In this document: positions 36,413-49,752 of the stretch, in pieces
Numbering within the stretch: the stretch's first letter is position 1
How the letters are laid out: each line of letters starts with the position of its first letter
Origin: Eledone cirrhosa
Taxonomy: Eukaryota
Assembly: GCA_964016885.1 (NCBI GenBank)
Contig: OZ024747.1
Location: 85,622,001 to 85,686,000 of the forward strand
Direction: 5' to 3'
Length of the DNA: 64,000 nt
The notes under the pieces: model-generated
Database searches by the model: none
Told to the model about the DNA's origin: nothing
Seen by the model: only the letters and a program-made list of their open reading frames with translations
Position numbers and translations under genes: made by a program

Positions 36413-36838
36413 GTATATATAGATATTTTGGGTCATGCGGCCAAATAAAAACACACACACCAGTGAGTTTTACTTTAGTTTATTATTAGTTAGGTAACTA
36501 ATCCATTCCTCAGTTAGTTTGTCATATTTGATTATCAAAGCTCTTTTGTCACACATCTGTGGCCTTCTCAACAACTAATCTTGCTCCTCTGTATCTCCTC
36601 TTTGTTCCGATCTTGTTCTGTTTACTCCATCTTGTCTTCTCTGAGGTGCGTATGTAGTCTGTGCATGCATGTGTGTTTGTGTCTGTGTGTATATCTCTGT
36701 ATGCTGCTACTTCCACAGGTTTCTGTGTTTGTCATGTGTATGTGTACCTATGTATCTAAAAAGCAATTACATAAGATCAACAGCCAAGTGCATTTCTATG
36801 TCGTCAGCCAGCTGCTGTCATGCAATTTCACAGTTTAA

Positions 36839-37059
36839 CCCTTTAGCATTTAAACCGGCCATATCCGGCCAGAGTATTCTCACCTCTTTCTGTTCAAAAC
36901 GGTCGTAACCAGCTACTCATACTGATGTTAAGGTATTGTTCGCAAAATAAATAATATCAAAATCTCATAGATTCAATATTATGTGGGATAATTATGTGAG
37001 ATAAAGCCTTTACCGTGAAAATACAATAGTATATATAAAGTAATGTAAATGCTAAAGGG
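36839..37059. mobile_element. piggyBac-like MITE (same family)
   Basis: TTAA|CCCTTTAGCATTT ... AAATGCTAAAGGG|TTAA. Confidence 0.9.
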
Positions 37060-37499
37060 TTAAGGTAGGATTGGACTTGTAATGCCAGTTTGTGTAATAG
37101 ACTGGAGAATCACTTTGTCACTAAGGTGCATGTGAGTCAATATCACAGCAAAGAATGGACAGGAAAATTTACAGAGATAAATATTATGATTAAAAATAAA
37201 CAAACAGACTTATGACTGAATTAGTACAAAAGACACTGCAAAACACGTTAACACTGGTATGATCGAAACATTTAGACTTTCATCAAAGGAAAGAAGAAGG
37301 ATGGGCCGTAGAAGAGTAGAAGGAAGAAGAGAACAAGGAGAGAGTGGAAGAAGGGAAAGAGAGAAATTAATAAAAATGCATTTTATATATATATAAATGT
37401 AATATCAGCATACAGAGAAACTGTTAAGATAGACAGACAATTGCTTGTCTACCTCTTCAGCCACCTGCTGGCATGTGTGTGTGTATATGTATGTATATA

Positions 37500-37552
<53 letters not shown>

Positions 37553-37557
<5 letters not shown>

Positions 37558-37750
37558 AACGAGTAGGACCCCGACAGCTGAGCTCAAGCCGTTTCAACGG
37601 CTAATTCTGGTCCAGAATTAGCCATTGAAACGGCTTGAGCTCAGCCGTCGGGGTCCTACTCGTTCCTATTACCCACTCTACTACCCTAAGTATTGAGTAC
37701 TTTGGTGCGTTATGGTCCACCTGGTTCCTTACCACATTTCCTTCGTTATA
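37553..37750 (+). mobile_element. Fold-back element: 117-bp palindrome plus the same tail, in (TA)n
   Basis: 58-bp arms, 1-nt loop at 37611, 2 mismatches. Contains GAAACGGCT-TGAGCTC-AGCCGTC (hammerhead 3' half). Confidence 0.75.
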
Positions 37751-38062
37751 TATATATATATAGTGTGTGTATGTGTGTGTTTATATATGTAAATGTGTCA
37801 GGGTAATAATTGTGATGGGTGTGGTGGATACTAGTAGGATGTGTATGGAATTAAGCTTTCTTTCAACATTTTTAATGAAATCACTGAGGTGTGATAAAAT
37901 TCTTTCAGAACCAACTTGATGGTTGGCATTCTCCTCACAATTACATATGAGTCATCCCTACTCTATAAGAAAAACAACAATAACAACTGTATTATTTATT
38001 ATTTTGTAGCACAGACACAAGGCCAGAAATTTGATGGGAGCGTACTATCAATTATATCAACA

Positions 38063-38103
<41 letters not shown>

Positions 38104-38167
38104 TACATATATACATACATACACATATACATATATATACATATATATATATATACATATATATATG

Positions 38168-38473
38168 TGGAGGCACATGGCTTAGTGGTTAGAGCATTGG
38201 CCTTGCAATCGAAGAGTTGTGAGTTCAATTCTCAGACCGGGTGATGTGTTGTTTCTCAGCTGTAGAAATGAGAGGATAGGGACTGGGATCCCTATCGTTC
38301 CACTGTAAAGTGGTCGTGGAGGTGCCACGGTAAAAAAGCACCCAGCACTCACTGTAAATGAGGTTGGTGTTAGGAAGGGCATCCAGCTGTAGAAATCAAG
38401 CCAGAATCAGTTCCCGTCCCACCCTTGCAAGCAGGGAAAAAGCGGACGTAAAATGAAATGATGATGATGATGA
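38168..38473 (+). mobile_element. tRNA-derived SINE family B with RTE-like tail (internally deleted copy)
   Basis: tRNA head GGAGGCACATGGCTTAGTGGTTAGAGCA...GAGTTCAATTCTC, then GGTTGGTGTTAGGAAGGGCATCCAG and tail GGACGTAAAATGA(TGA)n. Confidence 0.85.
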
Positions 38474-38599
38474 TTATATATATCATCATCATCATCATCA
38501 ACGTTTAACGTCCGTGTTCCACGCTTGCATGGGTTTGGACGGGGGTAGTCCCACTTGAGGCAAGAGTGATTGTCTTGCTCGCATACACACACACATGCC

Positions 38600-39030
38600 A
38601 GCGGTGGATTGGCAATATCGGTAGAGAGTTGGACGCCATGCTTAGCAGCAAAGAGTTATGGCCCTTTATGATCTGAGTTCAAATCCCGCCGAAGTTAACT
38701 CTGCCTTTCATCCTTACGGGGTCGATAAAATAAAGTACCAGTTATGGTACTGAGATAATTGCTGGCTTTGTGCCTAAAGTAGAAATAATTATATCAACAC
38801 ACTGTACATTATTTTATTATGGTTTTTCTTCCTGAAATCCTAATAACAATGATTTCTACTTTTGGCACAAGGCCAGCAATTACCCTAGTGCATTACTGGT
38901 ACTTTATTTTATCCACCCCGAAAGGATGAAAGACAAAGTTAACCTCGATGGGATTTGAACTCAGTCCGTAAATGGACATGACTCTATGTTGGCAAGCATG
39001 GCGTTTGACCCTCTACTGATAGGGCCAAGT
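38600..39030. mobile_element. Tail-to-tail pair of SINE family A copies (+ 38600-38790; - 38850-39030)
   Basis: Consensus followed by its reverse complement about 60 bp downstream. Confidence 0.85.
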
Positions 39031-40966
39031 GTAGCAATTTTTATTTATTTATTTGTAATGGTCGTGGGAAATTCGATTAAATTGACTTCAATAATGACTG
39101 ATACTATTTCATTGACCTTTGTAAAGCAAAGATTTGAAGTCAAAATGTAAAGAGTTGTATTTAAATACAGCAGAGCATTTTGACCAATGATTCTGCAAAC
39201 CAACCACCTTCTAATGATAAGTTTAGGCATAAAGCTAGAAATTTTAGTGGGCGAGGAAGTCGGTTAAATTGACCCCAGTATTTAACTGGTACTTTATTTT
39301 AATCCTGGCAAGATGAAAGGCAGAGTTGACATCATTATCATCATCGTTTAATGTCCATCTTCCACGCTAGCATGGGTTGGACGATATGTCATGGTCTGAG
39401 ACAGGTCAGATCGGAACAACGGATCTTGCTCATTGTGTTCCATATTAGGCACGGTTTCTACAGCTGGATGCCCTTTCTAATGCCAACCACCTTACAGAGT
39501 GTACTAAGTGCATTTTCGTGATATCAGCACTACCACTTTGCATAGTATACTACAATAATAATAATAATGTTTCTACTTTTGGCACAAGGCCAGCAATTAC
39601 CCCAGTGCATTACTGGTACTTTATTTTATCAACTCCGGTAAGGTATAGTGTGTAGTGGTGTGAGACTGCAATAGTAGTTTGGTGTAGTGTTTAGCAGTAG
39701 TATGCTGTACTTTGGAAGGGTGGTGCAGTGTAGCATGGTGCGATATGAAATTTTTGTAATGGTGGTATGGTGTAATGTGTAACAGTAGTATACTGTAGTG
39801 TGTAGTGGTGGTGTTGTGAGTGTGACTGTGTGACTATATTGTGAGTTTGTATATGTGATGGTGCGTGACTGTAATTGTGCAATGAATTTGTATATGTGGC
39901 GGTGACATGGTGGAATGCACCATTTTTGCGAGACACTTTGTCTCATGCTGCACGTGTAAGATGTTTACATCCTTTCATCTTTGTTAGCACCTCCTCCTAC
40001 TTCCCCTCAACACAACACTGACGCACTGCATCAGTCTTGTGTAAGGGAGGGAGGTTTTAAGTGAGGTTGACAATAGTTGATTGATAAGTAGAGACAGATA
40101 AATACATTGATAGATAGATTGATATTTAGTAACGGTTGTATATAGATAGATGGATAGACATATAATATACTGTTAATATACTTGTCCCATAGTAAGAAGT
40201 AGGTCATGTGGCGACCATCAGTTTAATTAGATGACCTCAGTGCTGTCAACACCAGTGGCTTCGCAGATAATTGACTATTAATTTGACAATGGGTTGGCAC
40301 AACTGCTCCAGTTAGTGGAGAAATTTATGAGTATGCGGGTGTAGTGAGCCACATATATTCTAGCCATTAGAAAAAGCAAACGCTTCACCTTTCATATAGA
40401 GAGAAGGATCAAGAAGAAGAATGCACACACACACACATATATATCATCATCATCATCATCATCGTTTAATGTCCATCTTCCACACTAGCATGGATTGAAT
40501 GGGTTTGTCCCACTTGAGGCAAGATTGGTTGGGAGACATGTCTCCCTTGTACAAAACTGTTTCTAGCTGGTTTTCTGTGGCTGGATGCCCTTCCTAACAC
40601 CAACCACATTTACAGTGTGGACTGGGAGCCTTTTTACCGTGTCTCCTACACGACCACTTTACAGTGTGAACTGCATGCTTTTTGTCGTGTCATCTACATG
40701 ACCACTTTACAGTGGACGGAAGTGGGTAGATATTATAGATATGAATGAATAGATCCGGTTTTTTTCTAAAAGGAATTTGTTTTGTTTCTGCCATTGCCCA
40801 GTCGCCTCTATCTTTCTATTTCTTTAAGTTGTGATTCTATTTTCTGATGAAAGACTAACATCCAAGACGTTAAGATTCTTTTCCGATGATATCAAGCATA
40901 AAACTAATAATATACATCTTCATTGTACTGTATCATTTGCTTTGTTATTTCTGTCTGTTTGCCTTT

Positions 40967-41022
<56 letters not shown>

Positions 41023-41342
41023 TGCACTCCACATCATCTACTTTTCTAAAAAAAAGTATATCATATAGAAAACGCCAGCATCAACAGTTTTCCAAGAGAT
41101 GTCAACATGAATGGACCTGTTATTTTTCTCTAAAAACATTTTTTCTGATTCTACCCTGCCCGTCCCTTCAATCTTTCTAATTTCTTATTCTTTCTTCTGA
41201 TGAAGGACTAGCGTCCAAAACGTTAAGACCCTCTTCCTGCTATTTCAAGCGTTAAATTAATATATTCCTTCCATATTATTCATACCGATTGTGTTGTTAT
41301 TTCTGTTTACCTTTTACATACATATATATCTATATCTATCTA

Positions 41343-41390
<48 letters not shown>

Positions 41391-41393
<3 letters not shown>

Positions 41394-41575
41394 ATTGTTT
41401 CTACTTTTGGCACAAGGTCAGCAATTACCCAGTGCATTACTGGTACTTTATTTTATCAACCCCGTAAGGATGAAAGGCAAAGTCAACCTCGGCAGGATTT
41501 GAACTCAGAATGGCAAGAGCCGTAACTATGCATCAAAGCATGGCGTCTGACTCTCTACCGATACTGCCAATCCAA
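41391..41575 (-). mobile_element. SINE family A copy
   Basis: Reverse complement of the full-length consensus. Confidence 0.85.
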
Positions 41576-41696
41576 GGAGTTGACGGACCCAGCGTACTTA
41601 ACAATGCCAGGACCGGTTGTATTTCAGCGTACTCAATAGATAATGTAGAATACATTCCAGAGTATACACATAGTTATTCGCTTCAACACAACACAC

Positions 41697-41738
<42 letters not shown>

Positions 41739-41990
41739 TCATCATCATCATCATCATCGTTTAACGTCCATGTTCCATGCTTGCATGGGTTTGGACGGGA
41801 GTTTTCCCACTTGAGGCAAGAGTGGTTGTCTTGCTCGCATAGGACTGTCTGGCGGGTTTTCTACAGTTGGATACCCTTCCTAACACCAACCACATTTACA
41901 GTGTGGGGCTGGGAGGTTTTTACTGTGTTGCCTACACGGCCACATTACAGCGTGGACTGTCTGGCGGGTTTTCTACAGCTGGATGCATAT

Positions 41991-42027
<37 letters not shown>

Positions 42028-42030
<3 letters not shown>

Positions 42031-42294
42031 TATTTTCCGTTGTGTTGTAATATAAATATTACACACAGTAGATTATCAGCTCACGTAGAGTTTGCTCGAC
42101 GGTTCCAGTTGTAGTTCCAAAAGTAATCCGGAGAAAAATAGAAAGATTTGAATGGATACAGTTTAGTTGAAAGGAATTTATTGACACGTGTTTCTATAAC
42201 AGTTACATAACCTAAAACAGGTTATGTAACTGTTATAGAAACACGTGTCAATAAATTCCTTTCAACTAAACTGTATCCATTCAAATCTTTCTAT
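42028..42294 (-). mobile_element. Fold-back element: perfect 157-bp palindrome plus unique tail, in (TA)n
   Basis: 76-bp perfect arms (42138-42213 and 42219-42294) with an AAAAC loop. Arms contain GAAAC-ACGT-GTC (hammerhead stem III with GUC). Confidence 0.75.
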
Positions 42295-42717
42295 ATATAT
42301 ATATATATATATTACACCTCTCAAAGGCGATGACACACGACCGTGACCTCTGGCGTCACGCAGTAATACAGAGTACCCGACCTCCCATGGGTACAAGCTG
42401 AAGCATATAGACAATATGCCCCCACACCCCCCACTGCAAGGTGGTCGTGGAGGTGCCACGGCAAAAAAGCACCCAGCCCACACTGTAAAGTGGACGTGTA
42501 GGCGCCACGAAAAAGCACCCAGCACTCACTGTAAATGAGGTTGGTGTTAGGAAGGGCATCCAGCAGTAGAAATCAAGCCAAATCAGTTCCTGTAGGAGCA
42601 AGGCATGGTCAGCCGACCAGACACTGCCCACAACAGGACAACCCGTCTAACCCATGCTAGCGTGGAAGAACGGACGTAAAACGGTGATGATGATGATGAT
42701 GATATATATATATATAT

Positions 42718-43045
42718 GGAGGCACATGGCTTAGTGGTTAGAGCATTGGCCTTGCAATCGAAAGGTTGTGAGTTCAATTCTCAGACCGGGTGATGTGTTG
42801 TTTCCTTGAGCAAGACACTTTATTTCACATTGCTCCAGTTTACTCAGCTGTAGAAATGAGATGATAGGGACTGAGGTCACTATCATTCCACTGCAAAGTG
42901 GACGTGCAGGTGCCACGGCAAAAAATCACCCACCACTCACTGTAAATGAGGTTGGTGTTAGGAAGGGCATCCAGCTGTAGAAATCAAGCCAGAATCAGTT
43001 CCCGTCCCACCCTTGCAAGCAGGGAAAAGCGGACGTAAAATGAAT
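42718..43045 (+). mobile_element. SINE family B, fuller copy with CORE-like segment
   Basis: Same head as 38168 plus TTCCTTGAGCAAGACACTT and the same tail. Near-identical to the 38168 copy. Confidence 0.85.
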
Positions 43046-45264
43046 AATAAAAAAAAAAATTTCACACACTTGAAAACAAAAATGAAATTTAAGGCTTGCA
43101 CTTATATAGGTTTTGGTGAAATCCTACAATTTATATGAAAATGTTTCTATTTATTTTATTAAATGATTTTCACATTACAACCTGGGACAACCCATCTAAC
43201 CCATGCTAGCGTGGAAAAATGGACGTTACATAATAATGATAACGATATATATATATAAGTGTATTATTCATGTGAAACAACCAGTACTCATGTGCTGTTA
43301 TTGTTTTACTTACAACATCCCCTCCACACACACACAACCCTACCCATTATATTTTTGTTATCCCTATCCCCTTCCCCAGCCAAGTACTGAAATTCCTTCT
43401 TGTTCTCTCATTTACCATTAACCATTGGCAGGAATGGTGTTTTTCATTATTTTCCTCCCACTTTACCATTCTTTATATATAACAAAAAAAAAAAAATGTA
43501 TTTCATCAAACAAAACTTCCTATAAATGTTTTATTATTATCATTATTGTTGTTGTTGTTATCATTGTTGTTATTGTTATTGTTGTTATTGTTATTTTATT
43601 TTTGATTTTAGTTTGCATTATTTTGTTCTTTTTTTTTTTTGTCTGCTACAAAATATCAAGAGTTATGTTATTAGAAACTCTCTTTTAGTTTAGTAAACAA
43701 ACAGTCATCATCATCGCCACCATAATTATTGTCAACATCATCATCGCCACCATAATTATCGTCAACATCATCATAATCAGCTGCAGCATCGCCTTCATCA
43801 TAAACCTCATCATCACCTTCATCATCATCATCATTATCATTATCATATATCCATTTTTCTGTGCTTGCATTGGTTAAATGAATCTTCTCTAGTACAGCTG
43901 TTCTCTACCATTGATGAGTGTCTTCTACCATAGCGTCAGGTTTCACCAAATCCTTGTGAGTGAATTGGGGTGGATAAAGACAATATGGAAACCTGTCTAA
44001 AGGACTGTAAACGCTCTTTTTGGGGTGGTAGATTTAATGTGTCCCCTGGTCACTGCAATGTGGCATTTTAGTGGAGTCCACTCTGTTACAAGGTCTCTAG
44101 TGTAAGGATAGTACATCAGGTTAAATCAAAAACTGACTTACTACAGGTAATCATGTCAACCATTTCTACCTGTTTTATGCTCTGACTGTTGGTGACTAAA
44201 CTGGCATCACACTTCACCCTACTCTGGGATCTGACTCTGATGTGTGGGTGGTGGATGAACTCAACAAAGAGTCAACAGCCATCTATCAAGCCTATAAATG
44301 GAGCAAGGGCCCATGGAGGATTTTGAGTCTAGTATCACTGACTCTCTTGGTAACCTCTGTACCCAGTCCTCTCTCTCAGATGTACTGGCCTTACTTTTCC
44401 TCGGACCTAGGGAGACCCAGGGTGAACACTTTTGATAAGTCTAATTAACCACCTAAGATAGCTTACATCACTCCTAAGATTATTATCATCTCTTCTTAAC
44501 CCTTCTCTTTTCTCTGACCCAGAGTGAGAGAAAACCCTTGATGAGTGAAAGGACCACTCAAGGTAGTTTACATCTGTCATGACTAACTTTATTTTCCTCT
44601 CTTTCCTCCCACCAGTTTCAGAACCCCTGTAAAAAGCATTCTGGGTGATTCCCTTCCTTCTCTCACTAAGCTATGACAAAAACTAAAATTGAATATATAT
44701 CTATCATACATCATTACAAATACCACCATCAATATCAACACCTCCAACATGTATTGGGTCCTTTATCAGTCAATTCCTTGTTTTGTATGCATTTTCTTTA
44801 TTTGTCTTGAATTTGTAGTCATTTATTTTGTCTGTCCTAATGAATTCGATGGTGACTAATCAGGTTAGCCTTACAAAGACATATACGACCACAAATACCG
44901 CAGTCCTAGTTTTTGCCATCCACTTCGTAAATCGTACATTTCCGTGCCATTCATTTTAAGGAATAAGTGCTATCAATCTGTAACTTCAAAGCTATGGTAT
45001 GTATACCAGTTTCTAAGTGATGTAGATGTAAACATAGATAACATAGATACAGACAACCCTTGCTAGCAGAGAAAATAGACATTAAATGATGATGAGAATG
45101 ATGATATACATATGATGGGCTTTCATATAGTTTCCACCTATCAAACTTCAATTAATTCAAGGCTGTAATAAAAGACACTTGCCAGGGTGCTACACAGTGG
45201 GACTGAACCTCAACCCACACAATGCAAAATGAACGGCTTAACGTAGTTATTATATAACATTTTT

Positions 45265-45677
45265 AGGGCAATGGATTGGCAGTATCAGTAGAGAGTTGGA
45301 CACCATGCTTTGCAGCATAGAGTTACGGTCCTTTACGGTCTGAGTTCAAATCCCGCCGAGGTTAACTTTGCCTTTCATCCTTACGGGGTCAATAAAATAA
45401 ACCACCAGTAATGTACTGGGGTTGATTTAATCGACTTTCCCCTCTCCCCAAATTACTGGCCTTGTGCCTATACTAGGAATCATTATATAACGTTTTAAGG
45501 GTGGTGGATTGGCAGTATCGGTAGAGAGTCGGACGGCATGCTTTGACGCATAGAGTTACGGCCCTTGCCATTCTGAGTTCAAATCCCGCCGAGGTTAACT
45601 TACAGGGTCGATAAAATAAAGTACCAGTAATGTACTGGGTAATTGCTGGCCTTGTGTCAAAAGTAGAAACAATTATA
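45265..45677 (+). mobile_element. Tandem pair of SINE family A copies
   Basis: Two consecutive near-full-length copies, each followed by ATTATATAACGTTTT. Confidence 0.85.
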
Positions 45678-46989
45678 TAACGTTTTTTTGTTAAAACATA
45701 ACACAGCCTGTGTTGTTGTTATTAAGAGATGGTAGAGAACAGATGTTGAGTCATCTCAGATACACTGATGTTGTTGGTAATATTGGTGTTGTTGATGATA
45801 GTGGTGATGCTAATGATAATTATGTTGGTGCTGATGTTGATCAAGATGATGATGATGATGATCTATTCAGAGAGAAGAGGATCGCCTTTATTGATGTCAT
45901 CACACAAACATCTGGACCCTATTTTATTTCCTGCTTTGTTGGTTTGTTTATATTTTTTCTTTTCATATTTGAAGATTGTATGGCAAATTTTTCTGTTAAT
46001 TGCCTATTAATTAAATAACGATGATGTTGATGACTTAGATAATAATGATACTACACCTTCCGTGTCATATTTATCTACATAAACTATTAACTACAAAAGC
46101 TAAACCTGGTACATATATATATATTAGGATCATCTACTTAAACTATTAACTATAAGTGCTAACCTTTGTGAGTATGTGCATATGGGTGTATGTGTACATA
46201 TGTGTGTATGTGTACATGTGTGTGTATGTGTACATGTGTGTATGTGTACATATGTGTGTATGTGTATGTTTTAAGTGCTACAGATTAGCAAGAGACCTAC
46301 TTTATATTTAGACAGAAGAAATTTCAACAAATATAGAGACTGGTATGAAGTAGGTTTGGTTTCTAGTCTATAGGGACTCCATCTTTAGTGCTTTATATTG
46401 CCATGGAAACACTTTCCGACCATTTCATAATCTTTTTATGTATTATAATTGATAATTGATGCGACATGACATGATGAAGGCTCCAAGTGTGCTTTCACAA
46501 ATAAAAACACGTTTCTTTTTCCTGCTTTTTTCCTTTTTCTGTTTCTTTTGATCATTGACTGTGAATTGGCAGAGTCACAGAGTTGTTAGAAGTTAGGATT
46601 AAGTGGTATTTGATCTGGGCTCACTATATTCAGAGATCAAATCCTGCTGAGATTGACCTTGCCTTTCATAATTTCAAGGTTGATAGAATAAAGTACCAAT
46701 CCAGGGGGTTGGCAGAATTGTTAGAGCATCAGAAAGGTGCTACGTAATACATGTTTTGGTTCATAATCTTCTGAGTTCAAATTCCAGACCATTTGTAACC
46801 TACTTATAGCCTGTGTGAACAATTAAACCTAAAGAACCATTATGGTTCCTGAGGCTTCACCCAGCATTGGCTTGAAGAATGGCTGGGTGGAATGTATATT
46901 TGTGTATCCTGATTTTTAGAATAGGTACACTATATCCCTTTGTGTTGTATGAGATGACTGAAATATTTGGCATCAGGAAGGGTGCCCAG

Positions 46990-47720
46990 CAGCAAAACAC
47001 TGCCTCAAAACATTTCATCCAACCCATACTTCTAAAGTTTCCTCTCTCCAATGCATTTCCTTTGCCTTTGTAGCAGTTGACGATGATGATGCTATACCAG
47101 TCATTGATGACTCCATTCAATAATACCTGATTTATCCTCTGTGTGACAAGCATGTGACCTACCATTCCTGATGCTTTCAGTATCTTGGCAACTATCCCTG
47201 ACATCCCACCTGCCTTTCCTGTCTTCATATCATTGATTGCTTTACCTATGACACTACTGCTAACCTGAATGGCTGGTCCTTCAGTTGAATTTACTTGTGG
47301 TAGCCCTTCCTTCTCCTGTGATTTTTCTTCATTCAACAGTCCTTCATAATAACACTTCCAAGTTTCTTTCTTTTCAGCATTGGTGAGGGCAAGTTCACCA
47401 GTCATTCTGAATGCACTTCTCTCCAACTATGTCTTGATTTTCCCTACTATGCTGCCTTGCAAGCTGGAACACAGGACCTTCACAGCTTAAGACACATGCA
47501 AATGTCTTACTTTCTGGTGCACCTAGCTTCTTGGTATAGCTCCCTGCTTTCCCCATGTTTCAATTCTTCCACACCTGTTTCTTTAATTGCCTCACCTACA
47601 CTACTATTCCATTACAATGTTACCCTCCATCTTTGTGGAGCCTTGCACCAGCCACAGACCTTATTTGCAGCCTTCAGCAGATTGTTCTGCAAGAACCCTG
47701 CTTCCTTGCTGTGATAGGCA
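46990..47720 (-). mobile_element. RTE LINE internal fragment (linker/RT N-terminus)
   Basis: KAINDMKTGKAGG and IVNCYKGKGNALERGNFR motifs. A related fragment lies at 9290-9590 (+). Confidence 0.85.
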
Positions 47721-47832
47721 TCAAGCAGGTATTCCCTGAATTTGTCCCTAGCTGGGGACAAATACAATGTATAATTAATCTTGTCATGGGACCTGCAAAG
47801 CTAACCTTTGCTTTAGCAAGGAAAATCGACAT

Positions 47833-47929
<97 letters not shown>

Positions 47930-48066
47930 CTATCTGTCTTCCTACCTGTCTATCTGCCTTTCTACCTGTCTATCTATCTATCCATCCACCCATCTCTGTC
48001 TTTGTCTCTCTACTGTTATAGCTACTTGTTATTATCTACACAGCAAAACACTGCTACTACCACTAT

Positions 48067-48098
<32 letters not shown>

Positions 48099-48155
48099 GA
48101 GCCTACACAGCTTCTAAAGCTACCATAACCATTATTGCATGTTATTAGTATTATT

Positions 48156-48560
48156 AGGGTGGTGGGTTGGCAGTATCAGTAGACATGCTTTGCAGTATAT
48201 AGTTACAGCTTTTTATATTGAAATCCAGCTGAGCTTAACTTTTCATCCTTATGGGGTCGATAAAATAAAGTACCAGTCATACACTGGAGAAGATATAATC
48301 AACTTTCTCCTGCCCCCAAACCATGACCTTGTACCTAAATCAGAAACCATTATTATTATTGTTATTATAAGGGCGGGGGTTTGGCAGTATCAGTAGAGGG
48401 TCGGACGCCATGCTTTCCAGCACAGTTACGTCCCTTTACGATCTGAGTTCAAATCCCGCCGAGGTTGACTTTGCCTTTCATCCTTACGAGGTCGATAAAA
48501 TAAAAGTACCAGTAATGCACTGGGTAATTGATGGCCTTGTGCCTAAAGTAGAAACAATTA
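48156..48560 (+). mobile_element. Tandem pair of SINE family A copies
   Basis: Two copies with central domain and tail, separated by (ATT)n. Confidence 0.8.
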
Positions 48561-48889
48561 TTATTATTGTTATTACTATTGTTGTTGTTGTTGTTGTTGT
48601 TAATCAATGATGGTGTTTAAGAACCTATTTAGTTGATTGCAATTGACACAGCAGCAGCAACAACAATAACAGCAATCATCATCAACATTATATGTAGTTG
48701 TGATTCTATATGTATGTGTGTGTGTGTGTGTACGTGTATGTATTTGTGTATATATGTATGTGTGTGTGCATGTATGTGTATGTATTTGTGTATATATGTA
48801 TGTGTGTGTGTATATGTGACATGAATCACACTCAAACACACACACTATACATAATGTACTCACCGCCTGTTCATTATTTACATGAACAA

Positions 48890-49752
48890 GATTGACATGC
48901 ACAGCCTAGCTGCAAGTGGTATCATGATCATGACTGGCAGGTGTAAAATCATTCGGCTGGAATTTGCAGACGACATGGCGTTACTTAACTCGCGAGAAGG
49001 TGATCTCCGATTTGCACTCGATAGGTTTGATGCCAAGTGCTGTGTGGCTGGAATGAAAATCAGTGCTGCGAAAACAGAGACACTCGTCCTCTTAAAGAAG
49101 CCTGCACAGTGCACTTTACATGTGAATGGAGTTCCACTGAAGCAGGTGGAGAAGTTCAAGTATCTCAGGGCCGTGTTCATGAGTTATGGAAGGCAGGAGG
49201 CTGAATTAAGTGCAAGAATTGCAGGAGCTGTTGCAGTAATGCACCAGCTTCAGCATTCAGAAGACAGGAGGTAGGTGGAAAAGCCAAACTCGCTATTTTC
49301 AATTTGGTATTCATGCCAACCCTTACCTATGGTCATGAATCTTGGGTAATGATCAAAAGAATACGATCGCGAATACAAGTGGCCGAAATGGGATTTCTCC
49401 GAAGTGTCTTCGGAGTAACGTTACTCGATAGAGTGCATAGCTCGGAGATCAGAGGGTCACTCTAGGTAGAGCCACTACTTCTCAAAATTAAGAGATCACA
49501 GCTCCGATACTATGGAATATGGTTAGAATGCCTCAGAAAAGAATCGCTGGACAGGCAAAACCAACCAGCAGGAGACCCAGGGGTAGAACCTGAGCAAGAT
49601 GGTTGGGTAACATCCATGAACTTGGTTGGTCACGCTTGGGGATCCAGCTGGATCAGTTGGAGACGGTTGCTTCTGACAGGACCAGCTGGAAGGAGTGTTT
49701 GAGGGCTCTGCCCCCACAGCCCTCTCAGGAATAATGGAGCGAAGGAGAAGAC
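48890..49752 (+). mobile_element. RTE-clade (Rex3/Expander-like) LINE 3' part
   Basis: FADDMALL, GMKISAAKTE, QVEKFKYL and PTLTYGHESW..RIQVAEMGFLR, with stops and frameshifts. Confidence 0.88.

Noticed and set aside
38168-38240. tRNA-like sequence (Cys-like, TTGCAA loop), also at 42718
   Set aside because: The acceptor stem does not pair and the sequence continues into a SINE body, so it is a SINE head rather than a tRNA gene.
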